The notes under the pieces were generated by a model. That model was not told the DNA's origin, did not search any database, and saw only the letters and a list, made by a program, of their open reading frames with translations. Made by a program: the position numbers and the translations under genes. A stretch of DNA of 64,000 bases from Chiloscyllium plagiosum (taxonomy: Eukaryota): assembly GCF_004010195.1 (NCBI RefSeq), contig NC_057748.1:17346885-17410884 (forward strand). Reading direction: 5' to 3'. Of the stretch, positions 51,750-62,899 are shown piece after piece; within the stretch, counting starts at the first letter, position 1, and each line of letters opens with the position of its first letter.

Positions 51750-52383
51750 ATAAAGAACAAAGGACAAAGAACCTTACAGCACAGGCCCTCCAAGCCTGCA
51801 CCAATCCAGATCCTCTATCTAAACCTGCCACCTATTTTCTAAGGAACTGTATCCCTTTACTCCCTGCCCATTCATGTATCTGTCTAGATACATCTTAAAT
51901 GACGCTATCATTCTTGCCCCTAAAACTTCCGCTGGCAACACACCCATCACCACCTGCGTGAAGAACTTTCCATGTATACCTCCCCTAAACCTTTCCCCTT
52001 TTACTATGAACTCATGACCCGTAGTAATTGAGTCCCCATCTCTGGGAAAACGTTTCTTGCCATCCACCCTGTCTACACCTCTCATGATTTTGTAGATCCC
52101 AATCAGGTCCCGTCCTCCCCCTCCCCTCCCAACCTCCATCTTTCTAATGAAAATAATCCTAATCTGCTCAACCTCTCTTCATAGCTAGTGGCCTCCATTC
52201 CAGGAAACATCCTGGTGAACCTCCTCTGCACCCTCTCCAAAGCATCCACGTCCTTTTGGTAACGTAGCGACCAGAAATGTATTCCAAATGTGGCTGAACC
52301 AAATTTTTATACAACTCTTGTAACATGACCTGCCAACTCTTGTACTCAATACCCCGTCTGATGAAGGAAAGCATGCCATATGC
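51750..52383 (-). mobile_element. CR1-type LINE 3' fragment
   Basis: AYGMLSFIRRGIEYKSWQVM...LVQPHLEY; DLIGIYKIMRGVDRVD. Confidence 0.88.
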
Positions 52384-52739
52384 AAATAATACTCGTTTGA
52401 AGAGCAATGACGGACTGAATTCCCTCCTGGATCCTAACAATTCTCTGATCTTGTCTCTCCCTCTCTAGAATTTTCTCCTAGTCAGGTGTCCATCACTTTA
52501 CTCACTCACAGGGTGAAGCAATCAAGCACTGCACAGGGATCTGCGATCTGACTAACTTAGTCAAACACTACAGTCCTGGTGTATGCTCACTCCATCAGCA
52601 ACACACTCAACTCTTAAGTGAATGATGTCTGTGCTGACTTGGTCACTTCCATCAAAAGACAGCTCTAAACCCAAAAGCTTTTAGTATAGGGAAATGGCTG
52701 TGGTGTCACGACATTGTCTTTGCAAGTGAGAACAAATGA

Positions 52740-54120
52740 ACGTACAAACAAAGTGCAGACGTAGGCCATTCGGCCCCTCAAACCTGCTCTGTCAGGCAAT
52801 GAGATTGTGGCTGATCTGATTGGGACGGCCAATCCACACCTACCCCCTATAAGCTTTCATCCCCTTTGCTTAACACAAATTTATCTCCTGCTTTGACAAG
52901 ATTCTGCTTCCAGCAGCTTTTCAGGATGAACTTTTCAAAAAGAAAATGGCCACATTTCTGTTTTAAATGGATTTTTTTTTAAACAATGACCTGTCGTTTT
53001 AGTTTCTCTCCTCAGAGGAAACATCCTCTCCACATTCACCCTCTCAGCCCGTCCAGGAGTTTTATATCCGTCAATCAAGTCACCTTTTGTCCTTCTAAAC
53101 TCCAGCAGAAAGAAGCTTAGCCTGTCCACCCTCCCCCTCACGAGACAACCTTTCCTTTCCTAAGTATTAGTCGAGCAAGTCTTCTCTGAACTGCATCCAA
53201 TATTGGACTCACCTATGCCCTGTGTAACCGAGCCGCAACATCCCTACACTTGTATTCAGTTCCCCTCATTCTACTAGCTTTCCTAATTACTTGCTGTACC
53301 TGCATACTAACCTTCTGTGATTCATCTATGAGGGTATGCAGATCTGTTCTGTACCCCTGAGCTCTGATCTCTCACCATTTGGATAATAATGCTTCTTTTT
53401 AAACCTTCTTGCCAAAATGGACAATTTCACATTTTACTCAATTTACCAAATCTTTGCCCCCTCACTGAACCTATCCATATCCCGCCACAGCTTCCTCATA
53501 GGATCCCTGCAGTACAGATGGAGGCCATTTGGCCTATCAAGTCAGCAGTGACCTTCTGAAGACCATCCCATTCCCCACCCCATCCCTGCACTTAGCATAG
53601 AGTTGAAAAAGTGTGGCACTGGAAAAGCACGGGCAGCGTCCGACGAGCAGGAGAATTGATGTTTCGAGTATAAACTCTTCATCAATCCCGACGAAGGGTT
53701 TATGTCCAAAACATTGGCTCTCAGGTTGCTGCCTGACCTGCTGTACTTTTCCAGCACGACACTTTTCGACTCTGCATTTGGCATAGCCAATCCACCCTAA
53801 CCTGCACATCTTTGGACTACAGGAAGAAACTGAAGTACTCTGAAAATAAAACCCACACGGATGCAGGCAGAATGTGCAAACTCCACACAGATAGTCACCC
53901 AAGGCTGGAATCGAGCCCAGATCCTTGGTGCTGTGAGGCAGCCAACCACTGAGCCACCCACACCACTCATACTCTCCTCACACTGTACTTTCCCACTTAT
54001 CTTTGTGTCATCAGCAAATTTGGTAAACTTACCACCTACCCCTTCACCCAAGTCATTTAAACAATTTGTAAATAGTTGAGGTATCAGCACCAATCTCTAT
54101 GTCACACTGCTCATTACATC
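52740..54120 (-). mobile_element. Old CR1-type LINE fragment with nested HE1-type SINE (~53505-53960) and family-A element (~53597-53775)
   Basis: KFADDTKI (ORF 53797..54093); LEFRRTKGDLIDGYK (ORF 52935..53141). Confidence 0.75.
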
Positions 54121-54122
54121 TT

Positions 54123-54340
54123 CGAGGAGAAAGTGAGGACTGCAGATGCTGGAGATCAGAGCTGAAAATGTGTTGCTGGAAAAACGCAGCAGGTCAGGCA
54201 CATCCAAGGACAGGAGAATCGATGTTTCGGGCATAAGCCCTTCTTCAGGAAGAAGGGCTTATGCCCAAAACGTCGATTCTCCTGTTCCTTGGATGCTGCC
54301 TGACCTGCTGCGCTTTTCCAGCAACACATTTTCAGCTCAG
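54123..54340. mobile_element. Palindromic family-A element, 15-bp TSD TGCTCATTACATCTT
   Basis: ~90-bp inverted arms centred near 54245; TSD at 54108-54122 and 54341-54355; minus strand reads CTGAAGA-AGGGC-TTAT-GCCC-GAAAC. Confidence 0.8.
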
Positions 54341-54469
54341 TGCTCATTACATCTTGCCCAACCAATAAAAGTATCATTTATACTCTCGGTTTTCTGTTAG
54401 CCAGCCGGTCTTCTATCCAAATAAAAACCGAAAGAACTGTGGATGCTGTAAATCAGAAACACAACTGGA

Positions 54470-54800
54470 GCGGCCTGGTGGCTCAGTGGTCAGCCCTGTT
54501 GCCTCATGGGACTTGGGTTCAATTCTATCCTTGGGCAATTGTTTCTGTGGAGTTTGCACATTCTCCCTGTGTCTGCGTGGTTTTTCCTGGGGTGCTCCAG
54601 TTTCCTCCCACAGTCCAAAGATATGCAGGTTAGATGGATTGGCCATGCCAAATTGCCCATGGTGTCCAGAGATGTGGAGGTTTGGTTGGCTAGCCATGGG
54701 AAATAAAAGGTTACAGAGGTAGGGTGGAATGCTCTTTCGAGGGTTAGTTTAGACTTGATGGACTGAATGGCCTACTTCCACATTGTAGGGATCCTATGAT
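54470..54800 (+). mobile_element. HE1-type SINE (diverged)
   Basis: Consensus match. Confidence 0.8.
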
Positions 54801-55584
54801 TTCAAATACAGAAATTGCTGAAAAAGCTCAGCAATCTGTGGACAGCAATCAGAATTACTACTTAGGGTCAGGTGACCCTTCCTCAAATCTCAGTCTTCCA
54901 TCCATGCAACTATACGACCCACCACACCATGAGCTTGATTCTGTACAATGACCTGTGATGTAACACCTTATCAAATACTTTCTGGAAATCTAAGTGCAGT
55001 ATATCCACCTTGTTTGTGTCACCTCCTCAAACAACTCCAATAAATTGGTCAAATACGACTTTCCTTTGACAAGATAAAACGAAGATGGACATTGTCATCA
55101 CTTGGAGACCAGTCACTAGGGGCCATGACCTCCAAAGGCAGACTCTTTGGAAGAGCTTTGCAATGATTGTAATGAGATCAGCTTGGTGGACCTCATAGAA
55201 TATGAGTTCTCTGATTGGGGCTGTTAACCTGACTCAAACAGGGAGCCCTGGCTGACAGATAGAAACAGGACTGTCAGAGATATTGGAGTCAAGGACTACT
55301 CATGTGTAAATAAAGGGTGATTTGGATGGGATACTGGCCTCTGTGGAGTTATTTCAGAACTATAACTGCATTATTCTGAAATGGGTAAGATATACAGCAA
55401 CTCAACCTAAACTTAGCAAAGACCTGTTCTAGTGATCCTGTCCTGTTTAGAACTGTTGAGATTACAGTTGAGAGAGGAAAGGCTCAAAATACATGAGATG
55501 GGGAGGGGTGGCTGGGGGGGAGGGAACAACTGGAGAATAACCCCTCCGCAAGCCCCAAAGCAATAAGGAAAATACAACCATGGA

Positions 55585-55790
55585 GTGACCAATCACAGAG
55601 GAATCATTCCTCTACGCATACCCCCACATCATGAGAGAGACAGCATCAGCGAGGAGCTGTTTGTCCAATCACAGGCTGCATCTCTTGCCAGTGAACCTAT
55701 CAGCAATGAGAAACAACCAGCCTGTGATTGGTGCAGCAACTGTGACGGGAGGCAGAATAGCGCCGGGGTGGCTCTCAGCCAATCACGGAC
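55585..55790. promoter_or_regulatory. Cluster of four CCAATCAC(A/G)G boxes (candidate NF-Y promoter/enhancer)
   Basis: CCAAT at 55589, 55665 and 55779 (+) and ATTGG at 55727-55731, all within the same 10-mer context. Confidence 0.4.
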
Positions 55791-57167
55791 TTCAGGCAGT
55801 GTGATAGGTCAAGTCTGGGGTTGGGTGGGAAGGGGATGGTGTTGGTGGGAGAAGGGGCTATGACATGGAGGGGGTGAAGGACTTGGTGGTGGACAGGTTC
55901 TACTGCAGAGGACTCAAGTCCACAGCAAGAGATAGTGTAACCAGGGTGTCCAACAATCCTAGATTTTTCCAGGCTATCCCCTCAGTGATCTCATATCCAG
56001 GGATGTTAGTTGCTGGAATGCCCCCTGTCCTGTATTTTTGAAACTACAAATTGGAAATAATTGTGAATCTCCTGGAAGTGATGTGTAAAGATAATGAGCC
56101 CCACAATCTAGACAGCACTCTGTCCCACAAACCCCTCCCCCAACCTCTCCAATGATCCCATCATATGGACACCATCTCCCGCTCAGTGTCTCTTATTTCT
56201 TTCACCCTGGGCAGTGCTGGTGGACACACACACTGTGATGCTCGGAGCTAGGGATTCACTGTTGTAATAATTTTTTTCATTCTCTCATGGGACATAGCTA
56301 TTGCTGGCTGGGTCAGCATTTACTGGTTGCCCTTGAGAAGATGGGGGTGAGCTGCCTTCTTGAACCACAGTAGTCCACCTGCTGTGGGTTGACCCACAAT
56401 GCCCTTAGGGAGAGAATTCTAGAATTTTGATCCAGTGACAGTGAAGGAACAGGGATGTATTTCAAACACAGGATGGTGAGTGGTTTGGAGGGCAACCTGC
56501 AGGGGGTGGTGTTCCCATGTACCTGCTGCCCTTATCCTTCTAGATGGAAGTAGTTGTGGGTTTGGAAAGTACAGTCTCAGGATCTTTGCTGAATTTCTGT
56601 GGTGCATCTCATAGATAGTACAGACTGCTGCTACTAAGTGTCAGTGGAGAACAGAATGAATTCTTGTGGATCCAAGCAAGCAGCTTTGTCCTGGAAGATG
56701 TCAAGCTATTTGAGTGTTGGTGCAGCTGCACCTACCCAGGCAAGTGGGGAGTATTCCATCACACTCCTGACTTATGGCCTGGTGGACAGGTTGTGTGGAG
56801 TCAAGAGGTAAGTTACTCGCTGCAGTATTCCTAACCTCTGAACTGCTCTTGTAGTTACTGGATTGATAAGGCAAATCTCGCTGAGTTTATTAATTAATGG
56901 TAGCACCCCCCCGGATGTTGACAGTGGGGGATTCAGGGATGGTCAACATTGAATGTCAAAAGGCGATGGTTAGATAGCATCTTATTGGAGATGGTCATTG
57001 TCTGGCATTTCTGTGGTGTGAATGTTACTTGTCACTTTGTCAGCCCAAGCCTGGATTTTGTTCAGATCTTGTTGCATTTTAACATGGACAGATTCAGTAT
57101 CTGAGGAGTCGCAAATGGTGTTGAACATTGGACAATCATCAGTGAACACCCCACTTCTCACTTTATA

Positions 57168-57382
57168 TTTTTTCCCTCCCACACTCCCGCCTAACTGCGG
57201 TAGTGCTTATTTTTTCCCCAGCACCCATGTTGTGTGTGTGTGTGTGCAGGTGTGAGACACAGTGAGAGACACAAGGTGTACGAATCTTTATTCAATTTCT
57301 TCCACCAGGAAGCAAAGAAACACCCGAGTGGCCAGTGACAAGCAGTGCCCTTTACACCAAAGGGCAATGCTGTGTGATCAAA
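57168..57382 (-). mobile_element. 5'-truncated non-LTR retro-insertion (LINE 3'UTR type), 16-bp TSD; second copy at ~32485-32655
   Basis: TSD CACTTCTCACTTTATA at 57152-57167 and 57383-57398; AATAAA and A-rich end on the minus strand; terminal hairpin. Confidence 0.75.
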
Positions 57383-58165
57383 CACTTCTCACTTTATAAT
57401 GCATGAAAGGTTATTGATGAAGCAGCTGAAGATGGTTAGACTGAGGACACTGTCCTGAGGAACTCCTGCACAGACACCCTTGAGCTGAGATGACTGACCT
57501 CCAACAATCTTAACCATCTTCTTATGTGCGTGTATGCTTCCAACCAGTGGAGAGTTTGCCCCCGATTCTCATTGATTCCATTTTGCCAGGGCTCCTTGAT
57601 GCCACGCATAGACTAATGTGGTTTTGTTGTCAAGGGCTCTCACTCTCCCCTCCCCTCTGGAATTTAGCTCTTATGTCCATGTTTGAACCAAGGCTGTAAT
57701 GAGGTCAGTAGCTGACTGGCCCCGGCGGAACCCAAACTGGGTGCCACTGAGCAGGTTATTGCTGAACAGGTGCTGCTTAATAGCTCTGTTGGTGACACCT
57801 TCCATCACTTTACTGATGATGATGGGATGGTAGTTGGTCAGATTGGATTTGTACTGCTTTTTATGTACAGGACAGATCTGGACAATTTTCCACATTGCTG
57901 GGTAGATGCTGGTGTTACAACTGTACTCGGACAACTTGGCTCCGGGAGCAGCAAATTCTGGAGCACAAGTCTCCAGCCACAATATTATCAGGGTGCACAT
58001 TCTTTGCAATAGCTAGTGCTTCCAACCATCTCTTCATATCAGGTGGAGTGAATCGAATTGGCTGAAGTCTGGTGTCTGTAATGCTGGCGACCAATGGAGG
58101 AGCCCGAGATGGATCATCCACTCAGCACTTCTGACTGAAGATTGTCGTGAATGCTTCAGCCTTAT

Positions 58166-58788
58166 GAGATTAGATTACTTACAGTGTGGAAACACGCCCT
58201 TCGGCCCAACAAGTCCACACCGACCCACCGAAGCGCAACCCACCCAGACCCATTCCCTACATTTACCCCTTCACCTAACACTACGGGCAATTTAACATGG
58301 CCAATTCACCTAACCTGCACTTCTTTGGACTGTGGGAGGAAACCGGAGCACCCAGAGGAAAGCCACGCAGACACGGGGAGAATGTGCAAACTCCACACAG
58401 TCAGTCGCCTGAGGCAGGAATTGAACCCGGGTCTCTGGCGCTGTGAGGCAACAATGCTAACCACTGTGCCACCCACAAAAACTCTGCTTTCGCTCCACAG
58501 TTTGGAAACAGGCCCTTCGGTCCAACAAGTCCACACCGACCCTCCGGCGAGCAACCCAGATAGATCCATTCCCTTACATTTACCCCTGACTAATGCACCT
58601 AACACTACAGGCAATTTCCCATGGCCAATTCACCTGCACATCTCTGTTACTGTGGGAGGAAACCGGGGCACCCAGAGGAAACCCGCACAGACACGGGGAG
58701 AATGTGCAAACTCCACACAGACAGTCGCCATGAGGCTGGAATCGAACCTGGGACCCTGGCGCTGTGAGGCAGCAGTGCTAACCACTGC
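58166..58788 (-). mobile_element. Two adjacent HE1-type SINEs (58166-58472; 58494-58788)
   Basis: Two consecutive consensus matches on the minus strand. Confidence 0.87.
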
Positions 58789-59004
58789 CTACACTGAGCT
58801 TGTCCATCATTGAGGATTGGGATGTGTGTGGAGCTTCCTCCTGCAGTGACTTGTTTAATTTATCCACCACCATTCACGACTGGATGTGAGAGGGCTGTCG
58901 AGCTCAGATCTGACCCGCTGGTTGTGGGATCACTCAGCTCAACCACTTTGCATTTTCAATGTTCAACCCAAATGAAAAACATCACTTAGAAATAAAAATG
59001 ATTC

Positions 59005-59163
59005 GGAGATGCCGGTGTTGGACTGGGGTGACAAAGTTAAAAATCACACAACACCAGGTTATAATCCAACAGGTTTAATTGGAAACTAATGTGCTTCCGA
59101 AGCTGGTGTGCTTCCAATTAAACCTGTTGGACTATACCCTGGTGTTGTGTGATTTTTAACTTT
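59005..59163. mobile_element. Palindromic family-B element
   Basis: aaagttaaaaatcacacaacaccaggttataatccaacaggtttaattggaa / ttccaattaaacctgttggactataccctggtgttgtgtgatttttaacttt. Confidence 0.75.
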
Positions 59164-59309
59164 GAAAGGAAAAGGTTTGCTGGTTTTAGATTCTGTTGCT
59201 GTTGAATTAAGTTGTTTTGGTGTAAAGCCTGTCTGATTCTGTTTATTTGTCAGACAGACACCTCCCTCCTTGTCTGGGGTCTGACATCTTCCAGGTTGTC
59301 CAGGGGAGA

Positions 59310-59453
59310 GCTGTCGCAAACTGCGGTAAAGTCCAACGGCAAAGTTAACGGCCTGACCTTCTGCCGTAAAGTGGCATTCGCCCGCCGGCCCCCGACCGGC
59401 TGCCGTAAAGTGGATTTCGGCCGGTTGCAGGGATCGAATGGCAACGTGAAAAG
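59310..59453 (+). promoter_or_regulatory. POLR3H: Probable CpG-island promoter / non-coding first exon of POLR3H
   Basis: CpG-rich; candidate donor AAG/gttcgt at 59454. The coding exon has its own acceptor at 61073-61074, which implies an upstream UTR exon. Confidence 0.55.
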
Positions 59454-59458
59454 GTTCG

Positions 59459-59872
59459 TGGGAGCCGGGAGCCCGGGGGTGGGAGCCGGGGGCCCGGGGG
59501 TGGGGGCCCGGGGGTGGGNNNNNNNNNNNNNNNNNNNNNNNNNNNNNNNNNNNNNNNNNNNNNNNNNNNNNNNNNNNNNNNNNNNNNNNNNNNNNNNNNN
59601 NNNNNNNNNNNNNNNNNNNNNNNNNNNNNNNNNNNNNNNNNNNNNNNNNNNNNNNNNNNNNNNNNNNNNNNNNNNNNNNNNNNNNNNNNNNNNNNNNNNN
59701 NNNNNNNNNNNNNNNNNNNNNNNNNNNNNNNNNNNNNNNNNNNNNNNNNNNNNNNNNNNNNNNNNNNNNNNNNNNNNNNNNNNNGGGGGGACCCGGGGCC
59801 GGGGGGCCGGAGCCGGGGCCCGGGGGTGGGAGCGGGGGCCCGGGGGTCGGAGCCGGGGGCCTGGGGCCGGAG
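59459..59872 (+). repeat. G-rich degenerate tandem repeat (GGGAGCCGGGGGCCCGGGGGT-like) spanning N gap 59519-59784
   Basis: The same units are visible on both sides of the gap. Confidence 0.8.
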
Positions 59873-61099
59873 TAACTCTCTCCTGCTCGTACTCAGACCC
59901 TGAGCCTCATTCCTCCCTCCCACATCTTTGACTGACCTGAGCTTGTGGTAACTTCAATCAGTTTGTGGGGGACGTTTCTTGAAACTGCCAGTAAATCTGG
60001 GGCTGACCGCCAGCACATTGCCCAAAGCACCTCGTTCCGACTCGTCCTTTAGTGAATACATCTCAAACTCTGCAAAAGCTGCACTTGTGTAGCGCCTTTC
60101 AAGATCTCAGGGTAACCCCAAATGCTTCACATCCAATGAGATCCTCACCCCCGCCTCTTTGGTCTCAGCCTCAGCTCATTTGCTGCTGAAATCCTCATTT
60201 CTACCTTTACTCCAGTGCACTCCCAACTTATCACCCACATTGTACCTTTGTTCCTTTGAGTTTATCCAAAACTGCTGCTCCTTTCAACTTGCACTGAGTG
60301 TGTAAAGAGCAATGTGTTGTAAATCAGAAACAAAAACAGAAATTGCTGGAAAAGATCAGATCTGGTAGCATCCGTGGAGTGAAATCAGTGCTAAAGTTTC
60401 AGGTTGAGTGACCCTGCATTCCTTTTTTCCTATCACTCCTGTGCTTACTGACATCCAGATGGCTTTGGGGCAAGGAATGAATTCAATTAGGATGAGGTTT
60501 TTAAAATATTACATTTCTATGTGGCCTTGCCCTGCTTTCTACCTAATCCTCCCTAATGCCACAAACCTACGAGGTACCTGCACTTCTCCAGTTCTGACCC
60601 TTTGACGATCCCTGGTTTTAATCACTTCACTGTTGACGGCTGAGTCTTTAGGAGTCTGGGCCTCAACCACTCTCACCCGCACCCAAAGCCTCTCTGCCTC
60701 CCTCTATTCCTTTGAGACACCCCTGAAAGAATTTGGTCTCTTGTTCCAATATATCCTCAGTATCAAATTTTGTTTGGTAACTGCTCCTGCGAAGTGCCTT
60801 GGGACTTTTGCCATAATAAAGGTGCCAAATCAGTGCACGTAAGGTGGTCCTTTCCATAACGAGTTACATACATCTCACTCATTTGCCAGTGGTGCAGCTG
60901 GATGTACAGCGTAGTGTGACTTAAGTAGATTGTTGGTTAATCGCACCATGACTTAATCTTGTATATCGATAAGACTTTTTATCAATAGTCCTTGTTACTA
61001 TAGGAACTAACTTCCTGACTCTTGCTTTTCCCAATTATATGAACAATGTTTGAATGGTTTCTCCTCTTCCACAGTGTGTTGATCCTGCCTTCTCGCAGC

Positions 61100-61210
61100 A
61101 TGTTTGTCCTGGTGGAGATGGTGGATACTGTGCGGATCCCGCCCTGGCTTTTCGAAAGGAGGCTAAATGACGCCATAGCTGAAGAGCTGAACAAAAAACT
61201 GGCAAATAAG
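61100..61210 (+). CDS. POLR3H: RNA polymerase III subunit H (RPC8), first coding exon ([37 protein letters not shown])
   Basis: Near-identical to the vertebrate RPC8 N-terminus; 111 nt; donor AAG/gtggaa at 61211; acceptor ctcctcttccacag at 61074. The gene continues beyond the window. Confidence 0.95.
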
Positions 61211-61956
61211 GTGGAAAACCTCTTGTTAAAGCTGCAACCAGACTGATTCGCTTCCTGTCAGTTCTTTTGTTCTTTTATGGGTGTGGGTATTGCTGGGCAT
61301 TACCATCCCTAGTTGCCCTGGAGAAGGTGGTGGTGAGCTGCCTTGTTGAACTGCTGCTGTCCATTTGGTGTAGGGTGTTTGCTGTCAGGGAGTGAATTCC
61401 AGGATTTTGACCCACTGAAGGAACAGTGATATATTTCTATGTCAGGATGGAGGGGATGGTGAGTGGCTTGGAGGGAGAACTTGCAGGGGGTGGTGTTCCC
61501 CTGCATCTGCTACCCTTGTCCTTCTAGATGGTAATGGTCGTGGGTTTGGAAGGTGCTGTCAAAAGAGCCTGTGAGAGCACCTGATTCCATGTGGGACTTT
61601 GAAAGCTGACCTTGATGAGGTAGCAGTCAACATTGATTAAGTTAATGCAGTGGTTGTACATATGGAGTGCTGGATTGAATTTGACTGGGTGCCATACAGA
61701 GCTTTATTAAAAATATGAAAGCCCTTGAATTTGTGAGAAATGGCAGTGGAGTGTTCAGGCTATGGCAGCACAGAACCAAACAATTAGGCTCATCAAGATT
61801 AGATTAGATTCCCGACAGTGTGGAAACAGGCCATTCGGCCCAACAAGTCCACACCGACCCTCCAAAGACTAATCCACCCAGACCCATTCCCCTTCATTTA
61901 CCCCTGCCTAATGCCCCTAACACTCTGGGCAATTTAGCGTGGCCAATTCACCTAAC

Positions 61957-62680
61957 TCTGACTCTGCCACTCCCATAGGCAGCGTATTCCATGCCCCCAC
62001 CACTTGGAAGACTTGGAAGAGGGAGTCGAAGGGTGGGTCAGTAAATTTGCAGATGATACGAAGATTGGTGGAGTTGTGGATAGTGAGGAGGGCTGTTGTC
62101 GGCTGCAAAGGGACTTAGATATGATGCAGAGCTGGGCTGAAGAGTGGCAGATNNNNNNNNNNNNNNNNNNNNNNNNNNNNNNNNNNNNNNNNNNNNNNNN
62201 NNNNNNNNNNNNNNNNNNNNNNNNNNNNNNNNNNNNNNNNNNNNNNNNNNNNNNNNNNNNNNNNNNNNNNNNNNNNNNNNNNNNNNNNNNNNNNNNNNNN
62301 NNNNNNNNNNNNNNNNNNNNNNNNNNNNNNNNNNNNNNNNNNNNNNNNNNNNNNNNNNNNNNNNNNNNNNNNNNNNNNNNNNNNGAGTAGATAGAGTAGA
62401 CAGTCAGAAACTTTTTCCCCGGGTATAACAGAGTGTTACAAGGGGACATAAATTTAAGGTGAAGGGTGGAAGGTATAGGGGAGATGTCAGGGGTAGGTTC
62501 TTTACCCAGAGAGTGGTGGGGGCATGGAATGCGCTGCCTGTGGGAGTGGCAGAGTCAGAATCATTGGCGAACTTAAAGTGGCAATTGGATAGGTACATGG
62601 ATGGGTGCTTAAGCTAGGACAAATTTTGGGAACACCATCGTGGGCCGAAGGGCCTGTTCTGTGCTGTATTGTTCTATGTT
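61957..62680 (+). mobile_element. CR1-type LINE 3' fragment splitting an HE1-type SINE (61797-61956 + 62681-62840, minus)
   Basis: VSKFADDTKIGGVVDSEEGC..LQRDLD; the SINE resumes after the duplicated CTAAC. Confidence 0.85.
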
Positions 62681-62899
62681 CTAACCTGCACATCTTTGGA
62701 TTGTGGGAGGAAACCAGAGCACTTGGGGGAAACCTACACAGACACGGGGAGAATGTGCAAACTCCACACAGACAGTTACCTGAGATGGGAATCAAACCTG
62801 GGTCCCTGGTGCTGTGAGTTAGTGCTAACCACTGAGCCATTGTACTGTTCCATTGCGAGTAATCTGCCTGCAGAAAGCAAACTAAACACCTTCACTATC

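Larger units (their letters stand above)
56290..58930 (-). mobile_element. Degenerate CR1/L2-group LINE (RT region) with nested insertions
   Basis: YPAMWKIVQICPVHKKQYKSNLTNYHPI..SKVME...QFGFRRGQS (ORF 57671..58009); FTDDC...MQQDLNKIQAWADK. Confidence 0.85.
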
